Source of the DNA: Candidatus Limnocylindrales bacterium
GTDB lineage: Bacteria > Chloroflexota > Limnocylindria > Limnocylindrales > CSP1-4
Assembly: GCA_049514315.1 (NCBI GenBank)
Contig: JBEKVD010000005.1
Location: 2,580-66,579, forward strand
Direction: 5' to 3'
DNA: 64,000 nucleotides
The notes under the pieces were generated by a model. That model searched no databases. It worked only from the letters and a program-made list of their open reading frames with translations, and was not told the DNA's origin. The translations under genes and the position numbers were made by a program. Below are positions 33,469-41,903 of the stretch, in pieces. How positions within the stretch are numbered: the first letter of the stretch is position 1; each line of letters starts with the position of its first letter.

Positions 33469-34100
33469 TGGATTCCGCCGCGTTCGGCGCTGCCGAACAG
33501 TTCGTCGAAGGGACGATAGCCGCCGCGCTGGTTGCGCTCTGGCTGCTGGCGGTCGCCTTGCATCTTGCGAGGCCGTACATGCTCGCCCTTACGCGCAAGT
33601 TCACACTTCGGCTCGGTGCCGACCTGTGGTGGACGATCTACGTCGGGATGCGGGACGTCTTTCTGCTGCAGGTCTTCCTCGGCAGCTTCATCTTCTTCTA
33701 CCCGGACGTCGTCAAGGCCGACGACCTGCCGATCACGGGCGGGCTGGCGGCCGTCTGCGCATTCGGCGCCCTGATGCTGAAGCTGATGACCAGGGCCGAC
33801 GCCGACGCGCGCAGCTTCAACGCGCAGACCTTTCTGATCGGTCTCGGCGCGACCCTCTACCTGGTGCCGTATCTCCTTGGAGTCCAGGTGACGACGGTCG
33901 GCAGCAGCATCTCCAACCAGCTTGCCTCGGTCCTGGTGAGCTCGCAGAACCAGACGATTGCGCTGGCGCTGTGCTATCTGTCAGCGCTCCTCGTGGGAAT
34001 CATGGGTCTCGTGGCCGTCGTCTACAACCTCCGCCTTGCCTCGCCCGCCGCGCGCAAGGTCGATGCCGGTGCTGTCTCCCAGCCCGCGACGCAGAGCTAG
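33468..34100 (+). CDS. Polytopic membrane protein, unknown family (paralogue A)
   Basis: The ATG overlaps the TGA of the flavoprotein gene (TGATG) and AGGAGG lies 8 nt upstream. About 6 hydrophobic helices. Clear paralogy to the next gene (LHLARPY..LTLRLGADLWW). Confidence 0.7.
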   Translation: MDSAAFGAAEQFVEGTIAAALVALWLLAVALHLARPYMLALTRKFTLRLGADLWWTIYVGMRDVFLLQVFLGSFIFFYPDVVKADDLPITGGLAAVCAFGALMLKLMTRADADARSFNAQTFLIGLGATLYLVPYLLGVQVTTVGSSISNQLASVLVSSQNQTIALALCYLSALLVGIMGLVAVVYNLRLASPAARKVDAGAVSQPATQS

Positions 34101-34113
34101 GAGATCGATCGCA

Positions 34114-34737
34114 ATGTCTGACCAGCAAGCTCTCGTCCAGGGCTCGCAGTACTGGCTGATCCTTTCCGTGGCCGCGATACTGCCGATCCTGTGGGCCTTC
34201 ACTCTCTCCCTCCACTTCGCCCGGCCTTACATCGTCCGCTACCTCCAAAGCCTTACCCTGCGGTTCGGCGGCGACGTGTGGTGGCTCAGCTACGCCCTGA
34301 TCCGCGACGGGTTGCTCGTCGTCACCTTTGCCCTGAGCGCCCTTTTCCTCTTCCCCAACGTCTACATGAGCGCCGATCTCGGTGTCCCGATCACGGCTCC
34401 GCTCGCGGCGCTGGTGCTCTTCTGGGCCCTGCTCGCCAAGCTGACCGGCGATTCCGACGACGACCCAAGGACCTTCAGGATCGTCTCGATCCTGCTCGTG
34501 GTCGCGTCGATGCTCTACATCATTCCGCAGATCTACGGCGTGGAGGCCGGCGACCAGGTGGATTCCTTGAACAGCATCGCCGGCCTGGGCGGGATCCCGG
34601 GCGCGCTCGTCAGCGGGTCCAACCCGAGCCTCTCCTACCCGATCCTCAATCTGAGCCTTCTGGGCTTCGCCGCGACCGGTGCGGTCATCTTCGCCTGGTT
34701 CATGCGCAAGACCAGGTTCGAGCCGGCCGACATCTGA
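34114..34737 (+). CDS. Polytopic membrane protein, unknown family (paralogue B)
   Basis: ATG at 34114, 13 nt after paralogue A. Shared motifs LHFARPY..LTLRFGGDVWW..IRD..PITAPLAA. Followed by an 11-bp-stem terminator. Confidence 0.7.
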   Translation: MSDQQALVQGSQYWLILSVAAILPILWAFTLSLHFARPYIVRYLQSLTLRFGGDVWWLSYALIRDGLLVVTFALSALFLFPNVYMSADLGVPITAPLAALVLFWALLAKLTGDSDDDPRTFRIVSILLVVASMLYIIPQIYGVEAGDQVDSLNSIAGLGGIPGALVSGSNPSLSYPILNLSLLGFAATGAVIFAWFMRKTRFEPADI

Positions 34738-34768
34738 CACGAGGCCGCCCTCACGCCCACTCGCATAG

Positions 34769-34794
34769 GACCGCCGCTCTCCCGAGCGGCGGTC
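34769..34794 (+). terminator. Intrinsic terminator after membrane paralogue B
   Basis: gaccgccgctc-tccc-gagcggcggtc is an 11-bp perfect stem with a 4-nt loop, followed by aatttc. Confidence 0.65.
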
Positions 34795-34854
34795 AATTTC
34801 TGCGGCAGCCTCGCCCCCGACAGGCGGCCGCCGTGTTCCGGCCGCGCGCCCGGC

Positions 34855-35736
34855 CTACAGGCCAAAACGAAGCAGCGCCAGCGCCCCTATGACCAGCGAG
34901 TAGATGGCGAACGGAGTAAGCGTCCGGCTGGTGAAGTAGCGACTCAGGAATCGCACCGAGGCGTACGCGGCGACCGCCGCCGCAACGCTCCCGGCGAGCA
35001 CCTGGCCGCGCACGCCCTCGCCGTTCGGACCGAGCAGGTCCGGCAGCTTGTACACGCCGGCGGCAAGGATGATCGGAGTGGCGAGCAGGAATGAGAAGCG
35101 CGCCGCATCCTCGTGATCGAGGCCCCGGATCAGGCCCGCGACCATGGTGATGCCGGAGCGGCTGATGCCCGCCAGGAGCGCGAAGACCTGCGCCACTCCA
35201 ACCACCCCGGCCTCTCGGAACTCGAGCGTGTCGAGCTGGCGATCCCCCGAGGGTGTCTGCTCGTGAGCGGCGACGACGGAGCGGACGGCAGCGCGGCGGC
35301 GGAACCGCTCGCCCGCAAGCAGGATGCAGCCGTTGATGACGAGGAAACCGGCGGCCGCCACCGGCGTCGCGAACAGCACGCGGAGCGGATGCTCCAGCAG
35401 GATGCCCACGACCCCGGCCGGAACGGAAGCTACGACGAGCAACCAGCCCAGCCTCTCTTCGGGCAACTCGATCCGGCGCCGTCGCAGCGAGCGAAGCAGG
35501 CCGCCTACGATGCGTATCCACTGGTCCCGATAGAAGACTGCCAGGGCGAGGGCCGTGGCGACGTGAAGGCCGACCAGGAAGGCGAGGAAGAACGACTCCG
35601 GCGCGGACTGAGCCGCGACCACGCTGGTCCAGCCGAAGAACGCCGGCAGGATGACCGAATGCCCCAGGCTCGAGACCGGGAACAACTCTGTGACGCCCTG
35701 GATGAGCCCGAGGATGATCGCCTGGGAATAGTCCAC
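34855..35736 (-). CDS. uppP: Undecaprenyl-diphosphate phosphatase
   Basis: N-terminal signature AIILGLIQGVTELFPVSSLGHSVI and a polytopic 293-aa profile typical of BacA/UppP. Confidence 0.92.
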   Translation of the reverse strand: MDYSQAIILGLIQGVTELFPVSSLGHSVILPAFFGWTSVVAAQSAPESFFLAFLVGLHVATALALAVFYRDQWIRIVGGLLRSLRRRRIELPEERLGWLLVVASVPAGVVGILLEHPLRVLFATPVAAAGFLVINGCILLAGERFRRRAAVRSVVAAHEQTPSGDRQLDTLEFREAGVVGVAQVFALLAGISRSGITMVAGLIRGLDHEDAARFSFLLATPIILAAGVYKLPDLLGPNGEGVRGQVLAGSVAAAVAAYASVRFLSRYFTSRTLTPFAIYSLVIGALALLRFGL

Positions 35737-35789
35737 GTTCCTCGCCTTCCAATATCGGGGCAGGAGCCCGGCGGGTCACTCCGGGGCCA

Positions 35790-36656
35790 TCACGCGCGCA
35801 ACCTGGCGGGGATTTGCGCAGCCGCCGCTTCGTCTACGATCCAGGTCGCGCCGGCCCGGCGAGTTCGCTGGACCGGCCAGCGGCGATCGTCCCGGGTGTC
35901 GCCGAACACGTGGCCCAGCGCCCCGGCTTTGCCGGCACCCCAGGTAACCACCAGCACCGGGGCCGCCTCGAGCATCCTCGGGTTGATCGTCACGCGTGGC
36001 AGATGCGGGCCGATGTGCGTCGGTGCCGGCACTCCCATGGTCCAGGCCATGCTGGTGAGGGCGGGCGATCCGGGAAAGCAGGACAGCACGTGGCCGTCGT
36101 CACCTAGGCCTGCGAGGATGAGATCGAAGGCGGGCCAGTTGCCTTCGAGGAGCCGCACATTGAGGCCGAGTTCCTCGGCATAGCGAGCGGCGCACCAGCT
36201 ACTGTCGTGCCCTTCGGCCAGGGCGCGGTCCGTCGGGAAGGGGTGGACGTTCGACCGCGGCAGCGGCGCCCCGCCGGCCGACCCGCCGCCCAGGAGGACC
36301 TCGTCGAGGGCGGTCACGTTTGACTCCGGATGCCCGCGCGGAACGAAGCGATCGTCGCCCCACCAGACGTGGACCTGCGGCCAGGGAATCCGCTCGACCA
36401 GCGGGGACCCGGCGAGGAGCCGGTAGATCGAGATGGAGATTCTGCCGCCGGTCGTGCAGAAGTCCGCCCGGCCGCGCCGTTCCGCCGCGGCGATCAGGGC
36501 TGCCGCGATCCGATCGGCGGCCTCGCCGGCGGCCCGGTCCGGGTTCGCGACGACGACGAGATCCGGCTCGCCCTGGTTGGGAATCTGCAGGGCGGACGTG
36601 CTCGTACCGCAGATCTCCTCCGGGGCCGCGGAGGAACCTGGCTCCCGCTCAGTCAT
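35790..36656 (-). CDS. pgl: 6-phosphogluconolactonase
   Basis: WGDDRFVP and LAGLGDDGHVLSCFPGS motifs. The start ATG at 36656 overlaps the opcA end by 8 nt. Confidence 0.88.
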   Translation of the reverse strand: MTEREPGSSAAPEEICGTSTSALQIPNQGEPDLVVVANPDRAAGEAADRIAAALIAAAERRGRADFCTTGGRISISIYRLLAGSPLVERIPWPQVHVWWGDDRFVPRGHPESNVTALDEVLLGGGSAGGAPLPRSNVHPFPTDRALAEGHDSSWCAARYAEELGLNVRLLEGNWPAFDLILAGLGDDGHVLSCFPGSPALTSMAWTMGVPAPTHIGPHLPRVTINPRMLEAAPVLVVTWGAGKAGALGHVFGDTRDDRRWPVQRTRRAGATWIVDEAAAAQIPARLRA

Positions 36657-37941
36657 CCTGGGCAACCCTCGTCGCCGGGGCCCCCTTGTGCGATGGCGCA
36701 TCCGGCCCCAGAAGTCGACCGGCCATCGCCAGCGCGCCGACGGCGACTGGGTCGAGCGCCCCCTCCTCGATCGCCAGGCCGAGCAGATCGGGATCCATCA
36801 GGCGCGGCGCTGCGTAACTTCGGCGAACGCGCTCCGAGCCGTTCTCGAGAACGGAGACTTCGACCCTGCGATCGTCCGCAGCCACATTGCCCGTGAGCTC
36901 GACGCCCCGCAAACGAGAAACGATCTCGACCCGGACCGTCGATCCGGTGCCCAGATCCGAGGTGACCGGCCGCAGGAGCACGTCCACGAGGTGCTCCTTC
37001 TGGCGGAGGGTGGCAAGCCGCCGGCTATCGCTCTCGCGGTGGAGCGGTGCGGCCACAGTCATGCCCAGCCGCGACGCCAGCCAGGCGACGTGATAGAGCG
37101 GGCGAACCACGTTCGTCTCCCCGGCCGGGTCGTCCGGCTCGGCCGCTGCGTACGCCACGTCGATTCGGCGCACGGCGCGGAGATGCGGCCGCAGGTCGGG
37201 CAGGTCGTAGACGGAGGCGAGAGCCTCGCGCCAGCGGGACTGGCGCAACAACGCCCAGTCGACGACGACCAGGCGGCGTTCCCCCGCGACGGCCGCCAGC
37301 CTGGCCAGCAGGTCAAGGCCGTCGCCGCTCCAGCCCGAACCGTCCACGATGAGCCGGTCCGCGATGGGCAGCAACCTGTCGGCGCGGTGCGAGCCGAAGG
37401 GCGGGTCGCCGGGCCACCACAGGGCCACGGGCAGGTCGTGGACGAGCAGGGGCACGATGATCGAGGCCAGATGCTGGCCCGTCTCCCCGTGGGCGGCGAC
37501 ATGGATCGTCTCCGCCCCGGTCTCGGCCCGGCCATCGGGAGTGGTCAGCGACAGGGCCTCGATGCGGGCGTCGAGGCCCGGCGGCCCCTGCGGGTCGGTC
37601 GCTGAGAGGATCAGCGAGCGAGACGCATGACGGCCGGCGGTAGCCGCGATTGTCGCTGCACACCGCTCGGCAGCCTCGTTCTCGCCGGCAACGACTACCA
37701 GGTTGAGGACGCTGGTTCGGGCTGCCACGTGGTGTCCACCGGCCTCGCTCGTCTCCCGCGCGGCGGCAAGGGCGGCCGCGGCCCGGGCGGCGGCCTGGGC
37801 CTGGGCCTCGATCAGCGCCGCCTCGGCCTTCGCTGCCTCGACCCGTGCCACCGCCGCGCGTGCCCAGAGCTTGCCGAGCTGGCCCTCGATCTCGGGGACC
37901 GAATGAGCCACCGGGCGGGGCGGCGTCAGATCCGTCTCCAC
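36649..37941 (-). CDS. opcA: Glucose-6-phosphate dehydrogenase assembly protein OpcA
   Basis: Positioned between zwf and pgl, as in Actinobacteria and cyanobacteria. OpcA-like core SVLNLVVVAGENEAAERCAATIAATAGRHASRSLIL. An Ala-rich insertion lies near the N-terminus. The start is uncertain (GTG 37941 or ATG 37989), and both overlap the zwf 3' end. Confidence 0.8.
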   Translation of the reverse strand: METDLTPPRPVAHSVPEIEGQLGKLWARAAVARVEAAKAEAALIEAQAQAAARAAAALAAARETSEAGGHHVAARTSVLNLVVVAGENEAAERCAATIAATAGRHASRSLILSATDPQGPPGLDARIEALSLTTPDGRAETGAETIHVAAHGETGQHLASIIVPLLVHDLPVALWWPGDPPFGSHRADRLLPIADRLIVDGSGWSGDGLDLLARLAAVAGERRLVVVDWALLRQSRWREALASVYDLPDLRPHLRAVRRIDVAYAAAEPDDPAGETNVVRPLYHVAWLASRLGMTVAAPLHRESDSRRLATLRQKEHLVDVLLRPVTSDLGTGSTVRVEIVSRLRGVELTGNVAADDRRVEVSVLENGSERVRRSYAAPRLMDPDLLGLAIEEGALDPVAVGALAMAGRLLGPDAPSHKGAPATRVAQDD

Positions 37942-39554
37942 CGTCGTCCGTCCCGTTCCATCAGCTCGTCGGCCGCCTCTGGCCCCCACGAACCTGCCGC
38001 GTAGTTCGGGAAGCCTGGCGCGGGCATTTCGGCCCAGCGATTGATGATGGGTGTAACGACCGACCAGGCGGCCTCAACCTCATCTGCCCGGGTGAAGAGC
38101 GATGCGTCGCCCAGAAGTGCGTCGAGGATGAGCGTCTCGTACGCATCGGGAGAATCCACCACGAACGAGGTGTCGTAGGCGAAGTCCATGTTCACGGTCC
38201 GAACATCCAGGCCGAGCCCGGGCACCTTGGCCGCGAAACGCAGCATGATCCCCTCGTCGGGCTGGATGCGCATGGCCAGGACATTGGGCGCGGGATCGCC
38301 CGACGATTCGCGAAAGAGCCGCAGCGGAACTTCCTTGAACTGGATCGCAATCTCGGTGGCGCGCTTTGGAAGCCGCTTCCCGGCACGGAGGTAGAAGGGG
38401 ACTCCGCTCCAGCGCCAGTCGTCGATCGTGAAGCGACCGGCGACAAACGTCTCCGTTTCCGACTCGGGATCGACCTCAGGTTCGCCGCGATAGCCCGGTT
38501 GAGGGTCGCCCTGGACCCAACCAGGGCCGTACTGGCCGCGAACGACATCTCGGCGGACATGCTCGAGATCGGGAGTGGCGATCGCGCGCAGGACCTGGAG
38601 CTTCTGGTCGCGCAGGGCGTCTGCCTGGAACGAGGACGGCGGCTCCATGGCCACCAGGGTCATCAGCTGAAGCAGATGGTTCTGCAGGATGTCGCGACTG
38701 GCACCGGTTTCTTCGTAGAAGGCGCCGCGACCTTCGACTCCGATCGACTCGGCCACCGTTATCTGGACGTGATCCACGTAGCTCCGGTTCCAGACCGGCT
38801 CGAAGATGCCGTTGCCGAATCTGAAGACAAGCAGGTTTCGAACTGTCTCCTTGCCCAGGTAGTGGTCTATGCGAAAGACCTGCGACTCGCGGAAGACCTT
38901 GTTGACCTCGTGGTTCAGGAGGCGCGCCGATTCGATGTCGCGCCCGAACGGCTTCTCGACGATCACGCGACGCCAGCCAGCGCCGCGCATCTCGTGATCG
39001 AGGCCCACGCGGCCCAGCTGGCGCACGATCTCGGTGACCTGCGACGGTTGAGTGGCGAGGTAGAAGAGGCGGTTGCCGGCCGTGCCGTGCTCCGTGTCGA
39101 GCTCGTCGAGCCTGGCGGCGAGTCTGTCGAATCCGCCGTCGTCCGCGAAGTCGAGCTGCTGGTAGTTGATGCGCCTGGCAAACTCGGCCCAGGCCCCCTC
39201 GTCGATCGGCTGGACGCGCGAGTACGTCTCGAGCGAGGCACGGACATCGGTCGCGAAGGCTTCGTCCGTGTAGGGCCGGCGGGCAACGGCCACCAGGCTG
39301 AACTCGGCCGGGAGCAGGTTGGTTCGCCACAGCTGGTAGATGGCCGGCATGACCTTGCGGTGCGCCAGGTCTCCAGTCGCTCCGAACAGGACGAATGCGC
39401 ACGGGTCCGGCACGCGCTCGAGGCGGAGCCCCTGCCGGAGCGGGTTGACCTCCGGGTCCGGACGCCCGCGGCGACGGGCGGCCGTGGCCGCTTCCCGAAG
39501 CTGGAGGGCGGTTCGGGCGGGAGGCGGCGGAGTGGACGAGCGGGGCGGGCTCAT
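37926..39554 (-). CDS. zwf: Glucose-6-phosphate 1-dehydrogenase
   Basis: NADP-binding FVLFGATGDLAHRKVMPAIY, EKPFGRD, and active-site RIDHYLGKE. Confidence 0.95.
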   Translation of the reverse strand: MSPPRSSTPPPPARTALQLREAATAARRRGRPDPEVNPLRQGLRLERVPDPCAFVLFGATGDLAHRKVMPAIYQLWRTNLLPAEFSLVAVARRPYTDEAFATDVRASLETYSRVQPIDEGAWAEFARRINYQQLDFADDGGFDRLAARLDELDTEHGTAGNRLFYLATQPSQVTEIVRQLGRVGLDHEMRGAGWRRVIVEKPFGRDIESARLLNHEVNKVFRESQVFRIDHYLGKETVRNLLVFRFGNGIFEPVWNRSYVDHVQITVAESIGVEGRGAFYEETGASRDILQNHLLQLMTLVAMEPPSSFQADALRDQKLQVLRAIATPDLEHVRRDVVRGQYGPGWVQGDPQPGYRGEPEVDPESETETFVAGRFTIDDWRWSGVPFYLRAGKRLPKRATEIAIQFKEVPLRLFRESSGDPAPNVLAMRIQPDEGIMLRFAAKVPGLGLDVRTVNMDFAYDTSFVVDSPDAYETLILDALLGDASLFTRADEVEAAWSVVTPIINRWAEMPAPGFPNYAAGSWGPEAADELMERDGRRWRRI

Positions 39555-39599
39555 CGAACGCCGGATTGCGGGCAGGAGGCAGAGGTCGGTTCCATGGCC

Positions 39600-41348
39600 T
39601 CAGCCCTCCATGAGGGCCGCGGCGAGTGCGCGTCCCAGGGCGGCCAGGCCGGAGTCGGGATTCGATCCGAGGTTGAGGCGGAGGACCGGCAGATCGTGAT
39701 CCCCGAGCGTCCGGGCGTCTCCGATCGCCTGGGCCTCGATGAGCTGGCCGAAGGTGTACGCCTCGCCCGGGATCTCGCGATCGTCCGGATGCTCGGCCAC
39801 GAGCTGGAGGAACCAGCCGATCGGGGCGCCGCCCTTGTGAAGCTGCCCGGTCGAATGAAGGAAACGGGGCCCGTAGCCGACGGTCGTCGCCCGGCGGGTC
39901 ATGTCGCGCAGGAGCGTCCGGATTCCAGAAAGGGCGGTGTCTCGGGCCGGAGTCTGGGCGATGTAGGCCTGGATCGAGGCGTAGCCGTTGGCCTTGAGCT
40001 CCCCGAGGTGGGCCTTGAGCGCGGTTTTGAGAGCCGGCTCATCGGCCACGCTCAGGGCCGAGACGCCGCCGCCGGCCGCCTCGCCGGCCTCGAATGCGGC
40101 CAGGACGGCGCGCGTGTTGATCTTCGCCTCCTCTACGTTCGGCTGGTCGAACGGGTCGATGCCGAGGACGGCGCCGGCGAGGGCGGTAGCCACTTCCCAG
40201 CGGACGAACTCGGCCCCGATCTCGATCCTGGAGCCGACCTCGATGCGGACGAGGGGGTGGCCGGCCGCGGCCAGTTCGGCCAGACGGCCGTCCGCGTCGG
40301 TTCCGATCGATGGATCGGGACCGGGAGATCCGCTCAGGGCGATGCGGACGAAGACCCGGTCGTCGCCGTAGACCGAAGCGGCGCCGAGCGGCTCGCCGAC
40401 GACGGGCACGATTCCCAGGCCGCGCTTGCCGGTCGATTCGGCGATGAGCTGCTCGACCCAGGGCCCGAAGGCAGCGAGCTCGCGGTCGATGACGAAGGTC
40501 AGCTTGTCACGGCCCGCCTTCGCCAGGGCGCCCATGACGAGGCCCAAGGCCAGGCCGGGGTTCCGTGCCGGATCCGAGACCCCGCAGGCGAGGACCATGG
40601 CCCGTGCCTTCTCGAGCAGCACGTCGAGGTCGACCCCCATCAAAGCGCCGGGGACCAGGCCGACGTAGGTCAAGGCCGAGTATCGACCGCCCACGTCCGG
40701 GGGGTTGAGGAACACCTCGCGCAACTGGTCGTGGTGCGGGATCGAGCGCAGGCTGTGGTCGGGGTCGGTTATCGCGGCCATGAAGTCGCCCGGCTGCGTC
40801 GGCCGGCCGAGGCCCGCGGCATCCAGGGCGCCAGCGATTCGCGCCCACTGGTACTCCTCGAATGAGAGTGACTCGGCCGTGGTCCCGGACTTGGTGGAGA
40901 CGATGAAGAGCGTGGCCGTCGGGTCCAGGTCGTCGAGGCTCGAGCTGACGGCGGCCGGGTCCGTCGAGTCCAGGACGCGGACCGGGATGGCGTCGTCTGC
41001 AGTGCCGAACACCTGGGCCATGAGCGCCGGCGCGAGGCTGCTCCCGCCCATGCCGCCCAGCACGGCCGTGGTGAAGCCCTCGGCGCGAATCGCGGCCGCG
41101 AACGCCTTCAGTTCGCCCGCCTCGTCGGCGAAGTGGAACGGCGCCTCGAGCCAGCCCAGGCGCGACGCGATGGCCCGCTGGACGAGCTCCTGGTCCGACC
41201 AGACGGCAGGGTCGCGCCGGCCGATCGCCCGGTCGGCCCAGTTCTCGCCGACGGCGCGGTCTCGGGCCGCGGCCAGCGCCGCTTCGAGCTTCTCGTCGAT
41301 CAGCGTCAGATCCACGGCGAGGGTTCTGGCGGGTTTCGGTTGAGTCAT
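39600..41348 (-). CDS. pgi: Glucose-6-phosphate isomerase (SIS-domain, actinobacterial/cyanobacterial type)
   Basis: SIS motif AVLGGMGGSSLAPAL plus FIVSTKSGTTAES and GGRYSALT. Start at the ATG at 41348 (MTQPKP). Confidence 0.85.
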   Translation of the reverse strand: MTQPKPARTLAVDLTLIDEKLEAALAAARDRAVGENWADRAIGRRDPAVWSDQELVQRAIASRLGWLEAPFHFADEAGELKAFAAAIRAEGFTTAVLGGMGGSSLAPALMAQVFGTADDAIPVRVLDSTDPAAVSSSLDDLDPTATLFIVSTKSGTTAESLSFEEYQWARIAGALDAAGLGRPTQPGDFMAAITDPDHSLRSIPHHDQLREVFLNPPDVGGRYSALTYVGLVPGALMGVDLDVLLEKARAMVLACGVSDPARNPGLALGLVMGALAKAGRDKLTFVIDRELAAFGPWVEQLIAESTGKRGLGIVPVVGEPLGAASVYGDDRVFVRIALSGSPGPDPSIGTDADGRLAELAAAGHPLVRIEVGSRIEIGAEFVRWEVATALAGAVLGIDPFDQPNVEEAKINTRAVLAAFEAGEAAGGGVSALSVADEPALKTALKAHLGELKANGYASIQAYIAQTPARDTALSGIRTLLRDMTRRATTVGYGPRFLHSTGQLHKGGAPIGWFLQLVAEHPDDREIPGEAYTFGQLIEAQAIGDARTLGDHDLPVLRLNLGSNPDSGLAALGRALAAALMEG

Positions 41349-41403
41349 GACGGCGGCCTCGTAAATCGCTGGAGCCCGGGTGGGAACGAATGAGACGTGG
41401 CGG

Positions 41404-41892
41404 TCACCGGTCGAGGTCGGTCGGTCCGGCCCATTCCAGGCGGGCCGCCTCTTCTTCGATGGCGCGGATCTTGGCGACGCGCCGGACGTGGCGCGGAGCG
41501 CCGCTGAAGCGCGCGGCCAGGAAACTCTCGGCGCAGGACACGGCCGTCTCGACACCGATCACCCTGGCCCCGAGAGCCAGCACGTTCATGTCGTCGTGCT
41601 CGACGCCCTGGCCGGCAGAATACGTGTCGTGACACAGCCCGGCGCGGATGCCGGGCATCTTGGAGGCGGCGATCGAAGCGCCGACGCCGCTGCCGCAAAC
41701 GAGGATGCCGCGGTCGGCCCGACCATCCCGGATGGCGAGGGCAAGGGCGCGGGCGTAGTCCGGGTAGTCGTCCGCTACATTCGAGCCGTCGCCACCCAGG
41801 TCGATGAGCTCGTGTCCGAGCGGCGCCAGGCGCGCCAGCAGCTCGGCCTTCAGTTCGGCGCCTGCGTGGTCTGCCGCGAGTGCGACGCGCAT
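41404..41892 (-). CDS. rpiB: Ribose-5-phosphate isomerase B
   Basis: [15 protein letters not shown]... and catalytic region [22 protein letters not shown]. 162 aa. Confidence 0.9.
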   Translation of the reverse strand: MRVALAADHAGAELKAELLARLAPLGHELIDLGGDGSNVADDYPDYARALALAIRDGRADRGILVCGSGVGASIAASKMPGIRAGLCHDTYSAGQGVEHDDMNVLALGARVIGVETAVSCAESFLAARFSGAPRHVRRVAKIRAIEEEAARLEWAGPTDLDR

Positions 41893-41903
41893 CCCTGTTC
41901 CTC

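Noticed and set aside
37845-40865. 1006-aa plus-strand ORF
   Set aside because: It is antisense to zwf and pgi, which carry unambiguous catalytic motifs. Low-complexity Arg/Gly/Asp content marks it as a shadow ORF.
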